A stretch of 51,298 bases of DNA, taken from Octopus bimaculoides. Lineage: Eukaryota. Shown here piece by piece: positions 10,590-22,939 of the stretch. Positions within the stretch are counted from its first letter, which is position 1; every line of letters begins with the position of its first letter. The DNA is taken from contig NC_068989.1 of the NCBI RefSeq assembly GCF_001194135.2, positions 55,927,817 through 55,979,114 of the forward strand, in the 5' to 3' direction. A model generated the notes under the pieces. That model was not told the DNA's origin. It did not search any database and saw only the letters and a list, made by a program, of their open reading frames with translations. The translations under genes and the position numbers were made by a program.

Positions 10590-11055
10590 ACATTCTTCTT
10601 CTTAATCCTTTTTGCTCCTTGTGGAGCAGAGGGCCTCAACAGTTATTTTCCACTTTTTGCAGTCATTGGCATGTTTCCTGGCTGCTTCCTGTGTCAGGCT
10701 GGTGGTTCTGAGCTCATCCAAAATGCTCCGCTTCCATGTCTGCTTTGGGCGTCCTCGCTTCCTTTTCCCCTGCGGGTTCCAGTCAAGTGCTTGTCGTGTC
10801 ACATTTGAGGGTTCTTTCTGCAGTGTGTGTCCGATCCATCTCCATTTCCTTCGTCTAATCTGAACATGTATGGCCTCTTGATTGGCCCTTTCCCACAGGT
10901 TGGTGTTTGGCACTCTGTCGAACTACTTCAGATGGAGGATCTGCCGGAGACATTTGTTGATGAAGGTCTGGATCTGCTTATAGTTGCTGCAGGTGGCTCT
11001 CCATGTTTCAGAGCCATACAAAAGCACAGATTTTACATTTGAACTAAATAAGCAG
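10590..11055 (-). mobile_element. 3' end of a second RTE-type LINE family with an (AAG)n tail
   Basis: VKSVLLYGSETW...IRRRKWRWIGHTLQK...ALDWNPQGKRKRGRPKQTWKRS...ALCS, stop at 10602, followed by a GAA repeat tail. Confidence 0.9.
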
Positions 11056-12474
11056 AGTTTAGTTGGAATTGAGATGGCAGTGGACTTCCACACCAGCCGA
11101 AGAATCTAAACATAATTATAGTTTAATTGTCCTATCACATACTATGATAACCTATTTACTTTATCCATTTCTCTACTACCAATATGCCTACATTCCCCAA
11201 CGCCAGCATCGTTACCCATCCAGAATGATTTTTATACATGTTTTTCTGAAAAGGATTCTGATAAAAATTTATCTTTACTGAAAAAGGTTACAGGGTCAAA
11301 ATGTACATGAGCATCATAACTATTGGTGATGGTACAACAGCTGTCTTCTACATCAGAGAGAAGCTTCATCATCTGATAAATTTTGATGATAAGTGTACCA
11401 AACCAAAGAACTTCTCATGGCTAAAACACAATGCAAGTCTGATTTTAACCCACACATCTTTAATACCTCTCAGATTTAATGGTAAATCTAAATAAGTTGT
11501 GTAACATTTAAAAGTATAACCTAAAATGTTTCATCTTCAAAAAAAAAATTTCTTTACGATACCTTCTTTGAATCTTGAGCAGACAAATCATACTAGTTAA
11601 GGCTTGTATTTCTCCATGTTGAACTCCTATGAAGAAGTAATTTATACATAACAGCAGGTTTTCTCTGACTCATTTTCTATTAATTCTGAGGTGCCTGAGG
11701 GATTGATAATCACCCACACACTTCCTTTTATATATCAGCAACTTAGTCACTATTACATCTATCAATGTAACACACAACATTATACACAAGACTCAGTTTT
11801 GATGTCAAGCTATATAATGTAGCAGTTACAATACAAGAAGGAATGCAAAAGAGGAATGTCTATAAACATCTTTAGAATGTAACTGCAGCAACAGTCAGAT
11901 ATCACAATAGCACAACTGTTACTCTCCTATTTTCTCTTTAATCTCTGAATTTCTTCACGAAACATATTTTTAAACAGTTAATTTAATTTTATGTTATATT
12001 GTGCATTCTATAACTACAACATTCCTGTTAGAAATATATATCTTATTTAAACGGAAGTAACATATTTCCAAAATGGTCTGATACCATTGCTATTTTGTGG
12101 GTGTGGACATGGACACAAAATGTCGCTCTTAATCTGTAACTATCAATTCTCCGGTACAGTTTTTATTGTTTGTAACTCTGCAGAATTGCGAATAATTTTC
12201 AAAATGAAAATTTAACAACAAATATTTTTTTTCTTTTTTTTTGCCATCTAAATATCATCTGTTACTCGAGATCGTTGCTATTTTGATATTTATTTTCCTC
12301 ATTGAAATTTGATGATTTGTTCAGCTACATTTTAAGGAATCTGGTATGGTAATGACTAACTATTTTGCATATGAAAATAATGATTTCAAACATAAACATG
12401 AGGCTGCAACATGTGGAGAAAGGGTGTAAGCAATTTAANNNNNNNNNNNNNNNNNNNNNNNNNNNNNNNNNNNN

Positions 12475-12523
<49 letters not shown>

Positions 12524-13289
12524 TAAATTCAAATTACGATGAACGTAAACAAACAAACGAAGTTTGCTTTAGAAGCATTGAGATGTCTTAGAAAGTTAAA
12601 GAAGTAATTTTAAATTCTCAAACGCAGGATAATGCTAATAACAATAACAATATATATATATATATATATATATATTCAAAAATTGCACAGATGGATGATG
12701 GAGGAACACACAGAAAATTCACCCACAAGGTGTGGACACGCTCTTTCCTCATCAGTTATCATCCAAAAATCATAGAAATTTCATGCTTTTAAACGATAAC
12801 ATTGTTCATTTTGGTGGCCTTAAAGGGAGGAGAGAGAGAGAGAGAGAATATAAATATACTCTTGAAACTTATTGCAAAAAAAATGCATGCTTGATACTGT
12901 TATAATCTTTGAAGAAAGAATTTCTTAAAAATTATTAACTATTTATATAAATCTTTGAAAAATAGAATAACACAAACTTTTTGGAAGGAAATTTTCATAT
13001 TGTGTGTGTAAGCGCTTTTGTTGTTAAAATTTTGTTGCAAGCACATCATCCAAAAGTTTGCTGGCTTAACATAAACAAGGACAAGCAAGAAGTAGGCAGA
13101 GGCTGGTTTAACACAGGTAGAATCAAACTATAATGTGGTAACAATTGCATTGGGATAGAAGTATTCAACAAAGGATGTATTCTGTGAATAGAAGATCATC
13201 ATGAAACAGACAAGAGACTAAAGACCATTTGTAGAAATGCAGCACAATATAGACTTGAAGTAAAGCTGAGTGAATAAACAGATAATGAA

Positions 13290-13540
13290 TATATGAAGGA
13301 CACGATAATAATTAAAACTGAAAGAATTATCACATAATAAACATGTGAAGGACATAATGATAATTAAAACTGGAGGGATTATCACACAATGGACACACGA
13401 AGGACAAAATAATAATTACAGTTAAAGGTTTTATTAGATAAAGGACACTGGATTATCAATGGCTGAGGAATTATCACACAATAAACATATGAAGGGCAGA
13501 GGATTAATTAAAGATGGAGGTATGATCACTTGATGAACAT
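13290..13540. repeat. Degenerate ~52-bp minisatellite
   Basis: Recurring gaaggaca...ataattaaaactg...attatcaca..aat..ac units. Confidence 0.7.
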
Positions 13541-13541
13541 A

Positions 13542-13604
<63 letters not shown>

Positions 13605-14409
13605 TTATGCAGATATTTTAGTGTTGCAGGAATTTTACATCCTCTGCTTTCATCTCTTCATCTTCTCACCCCCTCTTCCTCCTCTTCCCCCAACCTACAC
13701 TAACCCTTACCCTCCCATTCTTCTGTCCCTCTTCCTTCTCTCCCTCCTCCTCTACCTCTTCCTTTCCCCTTCACAACTCCCTCCTCCTCCCCCCCCTCTT
13801 CCTCCTAATCTTTTAACATCCGTGTTCCACAGTGGCATGTGTTGGATAATTTCACATGATTCAAAGGACTGCACCATGCTCTACTGTCTGCTTGGCATGG
13901 TCCTTCTACTGCTGGTTTTGTGAGGTCTGCATGGTGACCTCACTAGTGCTGGTGCCACATAAAAAAAAAGTAAGAAAAATAAACAAGTTACTCATTGATG
14001 CCTGCTTTTGATAAAAACAACCTCATATTTGATTATCATAATTATTTTCTAGAAGTTCTTGTTTTTTTTTCATATCACATCAACAAAAAAATGCAGCTAT
14101 GCAACTGATTTATTCAGATAAGCTGGCTGAAGTTCATTATTATCAGCTCTTGGTGTCATTATCATGATGTTTTAATTACAAAAGAAGAAGCTCATTTCAT
14201 AGTAACTGTCACTTATTGATGCCACTAAAGGAGCTGATGCAATTTAATCTCCACAGCAAGGTGTTTATTCAAATAAAGCCATAGATACATGTGGCTGACT
14301 ACCTCTGGAAGCCATATTCAACTAACTACCCAGCTCTCTAGCAAAGAACTAGTAATCATGTTAAGTAGTCATGATCATATAACCATTGGGTTGAGTATGA
14401 AAAAAAAAA

Positions 14410-14636
14410 AAGTTAAGTTACCTTCCCGAGTCATACCGACTTGTAAGGGCTAGTTTCCCAGTTTCATGGTATATATATTCCTCATCTGGATGGGACACTG
14501 GTCCATCACAGGATTACTCATTTTGCCAGCTGAGTGGACCGGAGCAATGTGAAATGAAGTGTTTTGCTAAAGAATACAACACATCATCTTGTCCAGGAAT
14601 CAAAACCACAATCTTATGATCCTGAGTCCTCTACAC
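14410..14636 (-). mobile_element. tRNA-derived SINE family S4 (related copy at about 42980-43310 on +)
   Basis: Both share tttgattcctggac...caa..cactt.atttcacattgctcc.gt.cactca. Confidence 0.7.
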
Positions 14637-14856
14637 TTCCTGGCTTTTGGTAAAAGAAAAATTATTATTTGGTAAAAGAAAATACAGGAGGATCAGTCAA
14701 TTATTATTTTATTCAACATATTTCCCTCTCAGATTCACACCCTTATTGCTGTGGTCCTTCAGTTTTCAAAGCCCAGTAAACAAACTCAGAAGGTTGGGCT
14801 TCCAACCAGAACTTTCACGACACCCCTAAAGCCAGGAACTTTTCAGCACCCTCTCG
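14637..14856. mobile_element. Mariner-type MITE, left end truncated
   Basis: Right TIR aaagccaggaacttttcagcaccctctcg followed by TA; partial left TIR ttcctggctttt. Confidence 0.75.
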
Positions 14857-15072
14857 TAAGTCATTATCATGAAATTGACAGGCATTCTCAGACACTAATG
14901 ATTCTTGGAGACCATTTCTGGAAAACACTGTTCTTAATACATGTCTAACTGTTTTTGCTTCGATATTCTTCATTCATATTACTGCAGCTCATTTTGCAAC
15001 AACATCTGCAAATATTAAGAACAGTCCTCAATTCTTGGCATAAATGTGACCCACATATACACATACTTTTAA

Positions 15073-15292
15073 CCCTTTAGCATTTAAACCAGCCATATCT
15101 GGCCAAAATATTCAGCCTGCTTTATGGTCAAAACCAGTCAGATCCAATCTCTCACATCTACCTACAATGTCATTCTAAAAATAAACAATCACATCATCAA
15201 AATTTTGATGCTACAAGACAATTCATGATTAATTCAAAATAATGTGAATAAATAAGCATTACATTTGCCAAAATAATATGAATGCTAAAGGG
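15073..15292. mobile_element. piggyBac-like MITE
   Basis: TTAA|CCCTTTAGCATT ... AATGCTAAAGGG|TTAA; homologues at 33303-33564 and 35093-35761. Confidence 0.85.
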
Positions 15293-15307
15293 TTAATTAC
15301 TTTAGAC

Positions 15308-15582
15308 CAGTAGTTCCCAAACTTTTGGAGGCTACTTCCTCCTTGGCATGTAGGGCGCATTCCTTGCCTCCGACCCGACTCACAACCTCCACAAACAATG
15401 ATAACTTTCTGCAGCAAATTCAAACCAACTGTATTTCACAAATAAAACTAAACCTAATTAACCCATTACTTTGTTGTTTTTACATCTATCACCCTGTTTT
15501 TGGCCACCCCATTATCACACCACTTTTCTTCAATGCCCCACCGCCCCCAGGGGGCACAGTGCTGCCCACTTGGGAACCACTG
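15308..15582. mobile_element. hAT (Charlie-like) MITE with an intact 8-bp TSD
   Basis: TSD CTTTAGAC at 15300-15307 and 15583-15590; TIRs CAGTAGTTCCCAA / TTGGGAACCACTG. Confidence 0.9.
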
Positions 15583-16169
15583 CTTTAGACCATGTGTGCA
15601 CTGTGTGAAGTAACTCTGGTTTTGTTCTAGGACATGACAGCCATCATGCACATCACTCCATATCCTCACAATAAACTAGCCTCCAAGCTTTTAATTTGAG
15701 CTGATTTCTTGTAACTAATGAACCACACTGTACATTATCATGCACAACTTTTATCATCAGTGTTCTCAAATAAATTGGTGTAACAATTAATTCTCCATTA
15801 TGCAAGATACCGTCTTCAATTGTTCACTTGTTTACAATAACTTTTATCACTTATGACTGTTACATGATTGGTTATTTTCAGCCAATTAGACCACTTCCTT
15901 TTGGTGTGAATTGCTTTTACAGACTGGCAACTGTGAACCAACTGATCATTATGAAAGCTATTGCTTTTCAGTGACAAGCAAACTGTATCAGTAACATCTT
16001 TACAAGCCCAAGCTTCTCATGAAAAGAACTCTCACATAGACATTTACATACTGTCATTCACACCTCATATGAGAAATGAATACATATTTTTAATGCTCAT
16101 TAACATGCAAGCATTATGACAAAAAATCATTCTACACTCGTATAAATTGTCTGAAATATTCTTTTATTC

Positions 16170-16400
16170 TTTCATTCTTTTACATATTTCAGTCATTTGG
16201 ATGCAGCGATGCTGGAGCACTGCCTTGAATGGTTTTAGTCAAAGAAATCAACCCCAGGACTTATTTTTTGTAAGCTTATTCCATTAGTCTCTTTTGCTGA
16301 ACAGCTACATTACGGGGACATAAACACACCAACATCAGTTGTCAAGTGATGGGGGGGGGGGACAAAGAAAGAAACACCCTTCCACACACACACAAACACA
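16170..16400 (-). mobile_element. SINE S2 3' half
   Basis: cagtcatttggatgcagcgatgctggagcac...acaccaacatcagttgtcaag. Confidence 0.8.
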
Positions 16401-16426
16401 TATATATACATATATATATTTATATA

Positions 16427-17862
16427 CAGGGTGTTGCGATTAACTTGTCTAAACTATGCAAAAATGAAAATAAAACTGACATCTCATTTTAACAGATATA
16501 TTCACCAAAATTGCATAGAAATATCTTCAAATACTAAAGANNNNNNNNNNNNNNNNNNNNNNNNNNNNNNNNNNNNNNNNNNNNNNNNNNNNNNNNNNNN
16601 NNNNNNNNNNNNNNNNNNNNNNNNNNNNNNNNNNNNNNNNNNNNNNNNNNNNNNNNNNNNNNNNNNNNNNNNNNNNNNNNNNNNNNNNNNNNNNNNNNNN
16701 NNNNNNNNNNNNNNNNNNNNNNNNNNNNNNNNNNNNNNNNNNNNNNNNNNNNNNNNNNNNNNNNNNNNNNNNNNNNNNNNNNNNNNNNNNNNNNNNNNNN
16801 NNNNNNNNNNNNNNNNNNNNNNNNNNNNNNNNNNNNNNNNNNNNNNNNNNNNNNNNNNNNNNNNNNNNNNNNNNNNNNNNNNNNNNNNNNNAAATCAAAG
16901 CTGGACCTCTTCCTGTCGAGAGTCCCAGATGAACCTACCTCACGGCAGGAGGTGCAAATGAGGGTTGCTAAATCAAACTCCATTCTTCACCAAGTGCCAC
17001 AAATTGTAAGAGGCTCCCTGTAATAACAGTGTAGCAACACGACGGTGCATCAGCATGGCCGCAGCTCTAAGCTGAAACTATAATAAAAAAAAAAATTTTT
17101 TAAAGTAGATTTATTCAATAAAATCACCATTGGCTTCAACCATGGCCTCCAGATGACTTCGGAATTTCCTGCAACACTTCTAGATGGTTTCCTTGTTTAA
17201 GTTGGTGAATGCTGCCGTAATCCTTGCCTCCAGTTCATCTTTGATATGGCAAGGAGTTTTGTTGGTCTCTCGCTCAACTGCACCCCTCACATAATAATCA
17301 AGGGGGTTGCAGTCTGGGGAATTAGGTAGTCAGATGTTAGGAGTGATGTGGTTGCAGAAATTGTCTGACAGCCATGACTGGGTTCTCCTGCTTGTGTGGC
17401 ATGGTGCAGAGTCCTGTTGCTAGACATAGGGTCTTTCAGCAGCCACCATCTTGACCCAGGATGGCACTATCTCCTCCAGGCACTTGATGTAGGCCTCTGT
17501 GTTGAGTCTGAGGTTATGTGGAGTTCTTTTCTTACCAGAATGATCAGAGTGAGTTTTCTGAGCTGCTGTGCCTTCGTAATCTCCATTAGATTCATCCGAC
17601 TCTTTCCGAATCCTCTACACTATCCTCAGATTGACACCCAAACACTCTGAAATATTTGTATTGATGCTTCCGGTGTGAATGCCAAGCAGTACAGCATGTT
17701 TCCAAATTTCTGGCTGAATGAATTACATCATACTGTTGTTTTTCTCACAGATGGTGCCCAACTGACCCTACTATACTGTGTAGCCAACAAAATCAAAAGC
17801 AAACAATGTACATGCATGAAAATAAGAATATAAAATGTTGACATTTTACCCATCACATCCGG
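16427..17862 (-). mobile_element. Internally deleted Tc1/mariner maT-type (DD37D) transposon, TA-flanked, with a nested LINE fragment
   Basis: QQDSAPCHTSRRTQSWLSDNFCNHITPNI*LPNSPDCNPLDYY has 37 residues between the last two D. An N-terminal HTH remnant lies at 17520-17740. The ends are TA|CAGGGTG (16425) and CATCCGG|TA (17864). Confidence 0.85.
16891..17095 (+). mobile_element. 3' end of a CR1-group LINE nested in the maT element
   Basis: KSKLDLFLSRVPDEP...RVAKSNSILHQ...*, then a short 3' UTR and A-rich tail. Clade assignment is from motif recall. Confidence 0.7.
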
Positions 17863-19668
17863 TATGACAAACTTCATTCAGTTTCTGTCTACCAAATCTA
17901 CTCACAAGGCTTTGGTTGGCCCAAGGCTATAGTAGAATTCACTTGCCCAAGATGCAATGCAGTGGGACTGAACCCAGAACCATGTGGCTATTATAGATAA
18001 TAGCCTGCACCTATTATCTATAAGTTTTTATGTACATTATTTCTATTTCCCTGTGAACATTTATAACTGAGAACTCTGTAATATTTTCATGAATATAGAC
18101 TCTGTCTCACTCAGTTGTTATTTAATCTTTTTCATAAAAACCTGCTTGAGACTACCCCTACTTCTATAATATAATTTCTCTGTTTTTAAATGATTTTAAA
18201 TTAAAACCTTCCTTCAAAATTCCATGTTTATTTATTTTCCAAACACCAAGTTAATAATAATGATTTAACATCCGTTTTCCATGCTGGCATGGATTGGACA
18301 GTTTGACATGGGGCTGGCTAGATTCCAATCATTAATAAATTTTGTAATATGCATCAATATGTGATATTTCATAACTCTTTACATAAGAAATTTCATAACC
18401 AGATGCTATCTAACAGTTCACACAGGTATTACTTTTGGTAAATCACAAATATAAATTGTTGTGGCTTGTGTTTTGGCCCGATTTAAATTCCCAGTCAGGT
18501 AGATATTTCCATGTTCACTGAACACACTATACATTCATCAAGGTGTTCCTTTCAATATTTGAGTGTCTTACTTCAGCTGTGGCTAATGCTCTTGACATAT
18601 ATATATAACACAGGATGGTGTTCTTGTGAAATATTTCTTATGAAACCTTTATATTTGCATCAGTTGTTGTGATAACTTTTATGACATCACAAATCTGAAC
18701 CATTGACTTTAATACTAACAAAAGTTTTATATCTTCAAATGTTTTTTGTTATTGAAATTCTCATCACCCAGAACACCACTTTTAAGATGGCTATTTTTTT
18801 CAAACTATGTTCACAAAAAATGTTTAACGAAGGAATGTCTAAATTACGTTCAGTATAAGGTATTGCACAATGTGTATGTGCAATGTGTGAACTGTATATT
18901 ATGTGGATTGAAAATATTTTAGTATGTGAAAATTGTAATATATTTTATATGGAAACTCATATGTGTTAATCATAGGAAATATATGCAGTGAACACATATT
19001 GAATAAATTTGTACATTGTAACATCTTTATATAGAGGATGGAATTTATAAATAATAAATGTCATTCATTATTTATAAGATATACTGCTTTTGATAAATGA
19101 ACTTTGATCAGAACCTAGTTTAGCTACATATGATGTGTTGTAATGAGTTTATATGAAATATATGACATATAAGTTATATTGATGCATCTATTAAATACCA
19201 GTTTCAATTTATTTGTTTTAAAATGCCATCAATTTCATAGTACAGATATGCTAACATGGTATTAATAATATTTGTTCTGTTTATACATTTAACCTGAACT
19301 GGTGCACAGCTAAATATGTTAGGTACAATACCTTATTTAACAAATTTGATGACTGCCACTGTTCTGTAAGTTTAAATCTAATGTGCATTCAGTCTTTCAC
19401 CACCATATCATCTTAAAGATTATCTAAAGACGATAAGAGGTTCTAGATTTGATACTGGAATATACAATGCTTAATTTGTATTGTGTGGTTAATCTGTGAA
19501 TCATATTTTCAAAATAAAAGCAAACAAGCAAAAAAGCTACAATATTTTAACATATTGCAACATTAGTACTTAAATCAATGATTTCTATAGATAGTGATTG
19601 ACTTGTAAAATTTTCTTCTCCAAATAAATCAATTTGTAAAATGTAGCCAAGTTATTGAAACTATCTCT

Positions 19669-19848
19669 TCAAAGGCAATGAACGTAATCCTTGGTGGTGC
19701 TCATCCAAGACAATATAAAATAGTTATTTGGATTCAGCTTACTTGTGGTGAAGTTATATGTCTCATAAAAACCAGAGGAAACTCTAATGTTTGAATGATA
19801 ACATAGGAAAACTACAAGTTCTATTCCAGTAAATAGATATATTCTTTC
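19669..19848 (-). CDS. Candidate terminal coding exon (ERIYLFTGIELVVFLCYHSNIRVSSGFYETYNFTTSKLNPNNYFILSWMSTTKDYVHCL*)
   Basis: Pyrimidine-rich acceptor ctttttctgtttgttgtttggttatag and 59 open codons to TGA, followed by more than 1 kb of AT-rich, TE-poor UTR-like sequence. No homology recognised. Confidence 0.25.
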   Translation of the reverse strand, partial: ERIYLFTGIELVVFLCYHSNIRVSSGFYETYNFTTSKLNPNNYFILSWMSTTKDYVHCL

Positions 19849-20529
19849 CTATAACCAAACAACAAACAGAAAAAGTACAGCAGCAAAGTGTATATTCAGT
19901 CAAATTACACTAAGATAACAGTGAATATTGAGTAAAACTAATCTAAATTCTTTTACATTGTTAAAGAACATTTATTTTTAAAAATAGTTTATCTTCCAAC
20001 GTAACACTCTGCTACTGCTTATAGCAACTCGATTCCAGTAAGTAGCTAAGGAATTATTCTGCATGAGATTTTATTCATTTATTTATCGTTTATTTTACAC
20101 ATCTTATCACATGCTTGTTAGTTTTCTTTTGTCTTTATTTACCAATAATGTTTGAGTATCAGAGATAACAGGAATCTTTTACGGGTTCATGCAGCAGAAT
20201 TCCAGTCTCAGACCATGGCCTTTTACTGTCTGGCATATAGTTTCTGCCATAGAAGAATGTATCATTTGCAGCAAATCAGAATACTTATAGCTTTATAATT
20301 TATCACTCCTCTCTTATTATTCTTTGTGTAATACTGCCACAACTTCAAACTAAAGAATGCCAACTTTTTCGACTATCCCCATCCCATCCTCACCACAACT
20401 TCCACCATTACCAACAAGACCACTACCACTAGTATAACAACCACTCTTACCACAACTGCCACTGTAATCAAAATAGTGTCAGGAACGTTTCTACCTGTTC
20501 AATATAAAATTTCTTACATATGTACTTGG

Positions 20530-20800
20530 TATGGCGGTGTGGTAAGAAGTTTGCTTCCCGACTATATGGTTCTGGGTTCAGTCTTACTGCATGGCCTCCT
20601 TGGACATATGTCTTTCGCTATAGCCCTGGGCCAACCAAAACCTTGTGAGTGGATTTGGTATATGGAAATTGTAAAGAAGCCTATCCTATACATGTGTATT
20701 TGTGTGCATGTGTGTGTGTGTGTGTGTGTGTGCATGTGTGTGTCTTCTTGACATCATAAAATAGTTGTAAATGATTGTCACTTATACAAACAGTACCATT
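20530..20800 (+). mobile_element. SINE S2 5' half
   Basis: tRNA-like head ggcggtgtggtaagaagtttgcttcccgac...gggttcagtc. Confidence 0.8.
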
Positions 20801-21126
20801 CGAATCACACCCCTAAAATATACAACAATACATTGTTCAATGTATTTTTCTATATTTTAGGAGTGTTCTATTGTTCTACATTTTCAATGGAGATTTAGCT
20901 GCTGTTCCTAGCAGATCAACTGACCATATGTAGGCTTCCTCATAGCTCTCTCCAGCCTCCCAGTTCATGCAGGCCACAAGCACAATGGTCAATATTAAGA
21001 TCTGAACTCATGCACTTATGATCAGCTGTCTGGCATCATTAACAAAACAACTACTGTGTGTTTAGGAAAGCCATTAAAATATCTGTGACCCACAGATAAA
21101 AGTATCCACAATTACACAGACGTTAC

Positions 21127-21182
21127 ATGGTCTTGCAATTCCTCTGCTGTTGGTGGACATTCTTCATCTGCTACAGATACTT
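21127..21182 (-). CDS. Candidate short internal exon (EVSVADEECPPTAEELQDH)
   Basis: Acceptor tttttgtttaaaagcacag and donor GTAACG; the phase-0 end is compatible with the 19848 exon. Weak evidence. Confidence 0.25.
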
Positions 21183-21231
21183 CTGTGCTTTTAAACAAAA
21201 AGTATAGTGGCATGTGACATACTTTCAGTTG

Positions 21232-21620
21232 TTGTTGTTGTTGGCACTCCGTCGCTTACGACGTCGAGGGTTCCAGTTGATCCGATCAATGGAACAGCCT
21301 ACTCGTGAAATTAACGCGCAAGTGGCTGAGCATTCCACGGACACGTGTACCCTTAATGTAGTTCTCGGGGATATTCAGCGTGACACAGTGTGACAAGTCT
21401 GACCCTTTGAATTACAGGCACAACAGAAACAGGAAGTAAGAGTGAGAGAAAGTTGTGGTGAAAGAGTACAGCAGGGTTCGCCACCATCCCCTGCCGGTGC
21501 CTCGTGGAGCTTTAGGTGTTTTCGCTCAATAAACATTCACAACGCCCGGTCTGGGAATCGAAACCGCGATCCTATGACTGCGAGTCCGTTGCCCTAACCA
21601 CTGAGCCATTGCGCCTCCAC
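21232..21620 (-). mobile_element. Young, full-length tRNA-derived SINE (family S5) with a (CAA)n tail and 11-bp TSD
   Basis: TSD ACTTTCAGTTG at 21221-21231 and 21621-21631; A box tggctcagtggt, B box ggtttcgattccc; CpGs retained. Confidence 0.92.
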
Positions 21621-22354
21621 ACTTTCAGTTGCATACCACCTGAAAACATCCAATGGAGTATTACATAATGCTATGTGATCTTGCATTTTTGTTACATGCC
21701 AAATTATATAATATGTCATTGTCTAAATAATATCATGCTACAGAAACATATGTAGCAATACCCAAGGCATCCATTCATTTCATCCTTATTATTGTGTGTG
21801 TGTGTAGGTGTGTCAAATAGATTGTATTTCACATTTATTCACTTTCTGGTTGTGAACAATAGCTTCACTGATGGTGCGATTTGCATGAAGCTCACCTCTA
21901 AAAAACACACCTGGTCTTCTTGACCTGTGTGATTTTTGTGAACAGAAGGCTTATTTAGAGGGTATCGCTTGTTTCTAGCTTTCTACCTAGACATATCCAG
22001 GCTGTTTGTTTCCCAATAGACTAGGAAAGTATCACCTTGCCTGGACACAAGTAAGGGCTGGTCACAGTAAGAGCAATATTCCGTCATCTGACTCATGCAA
22101 GCATATAAAAATAAACATTAAAATAATGATGAGGATGGTAGTATCAAGTTATGGTGAAAATATATCTTTATGATTCAACAACAAGGCACAAACATGCCTG
22201 GAGTTGTCTCCCATATTTGCCAGACAAATGGAAAGAATGGTACCATTCATATATTAGTATTGTTTGTTTGTTTTTATCTTCATAATCTATTCTGTAATTT
22301 ATTTTATTCTAAAATTGGTTTTTCATTGCTGGAAAAAGATATACTCTTTACTCT

Positions 22355-22563
22355 CTCTTTTTAATCTTTTACTTGTTTGAGTCATTTCACTGTGACCATG
22401 CTGGAACACTGCCTTTAGTCGAAGAGATCGACCCCCAGGACTTATTCTTTGTAAGCCTAGTACATATTCTATTGGTCCCTATTGCCGAACCATTAAGTTA
22501 CGGAGACGTAAGCACAACAGCATCAGTTGTCAAGCGATTTGGGAGACAAACACAGACACACAG

Positions 22564-22598
<35 letters not shown>

Positions 22599-22765
22599 TA
22601 TATACGATGGGCTTCTTTCAGTTTCCGTCTACTAAATCCACTCACAAGGCTTTGGTCGGCCTGAGGCTATAGTAGAAGACACTTACCCAAGGTGCCATGT
22701 AGTGGGACTGAACCCGGAACCATGTGGTTGGTAAGCAAGCTACTTACCACACAGCCACTCCTGCA
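22355..22765 (-). mobile_element. Near full-length SINE S2
   Basis: Colinear with the 8806-9195 copy. Confidence 0.9.
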
Positions 22766-22939
22766 ACTATATGGTAACTTATTTTAGTTAAATGCAAGAT
22801 TTTAGAGTAAGGATTAGTTGAAATTTAAAAAGTTATATTGAGGTATTTCAGATAGGAATTAAAATCAAATTTCATACTTTATTCACTGAAAAATTATCAG
22901 TATTAATTGAGGTAATCTAACTAATGTAACACTATTGGT

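Larger units (their letters stand above)
14862..16000 (-). mobile_element. Ty3/Gypsy pol relic (integrase zinc-binding and core regions) interrupted by two MITEs
   Basis: IEDGILHNGELIVTPIYLRTLMIKVVHDNVQCG...AW...C (15580-15830) and GLFLIFAD...KTVRHVLRTVFSRNGLQESLVSENACQF (14865-15050); multiple stop codons. Confidence 0.8.

Noticed and set aside
11480-11620. Possible small minus-strand exon pair (GVQHGEIQALTSMICLLKIQRR / FTIKSERY*)
   Set aside because: Short, non-consensus donor GTATCG, and no homology recognised
13545-13607. (AAT)n directly followed by (ATT)n, forming a palindrome
   Set aside because: Simple microsatellite strand flip; common and possibly an assembly join
21843-21897. Possible exon GELHANRTISEAIVHNQK on the minus strand
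   Set aside because: Weak donor, and its phase is incompatible with the next candidate exon
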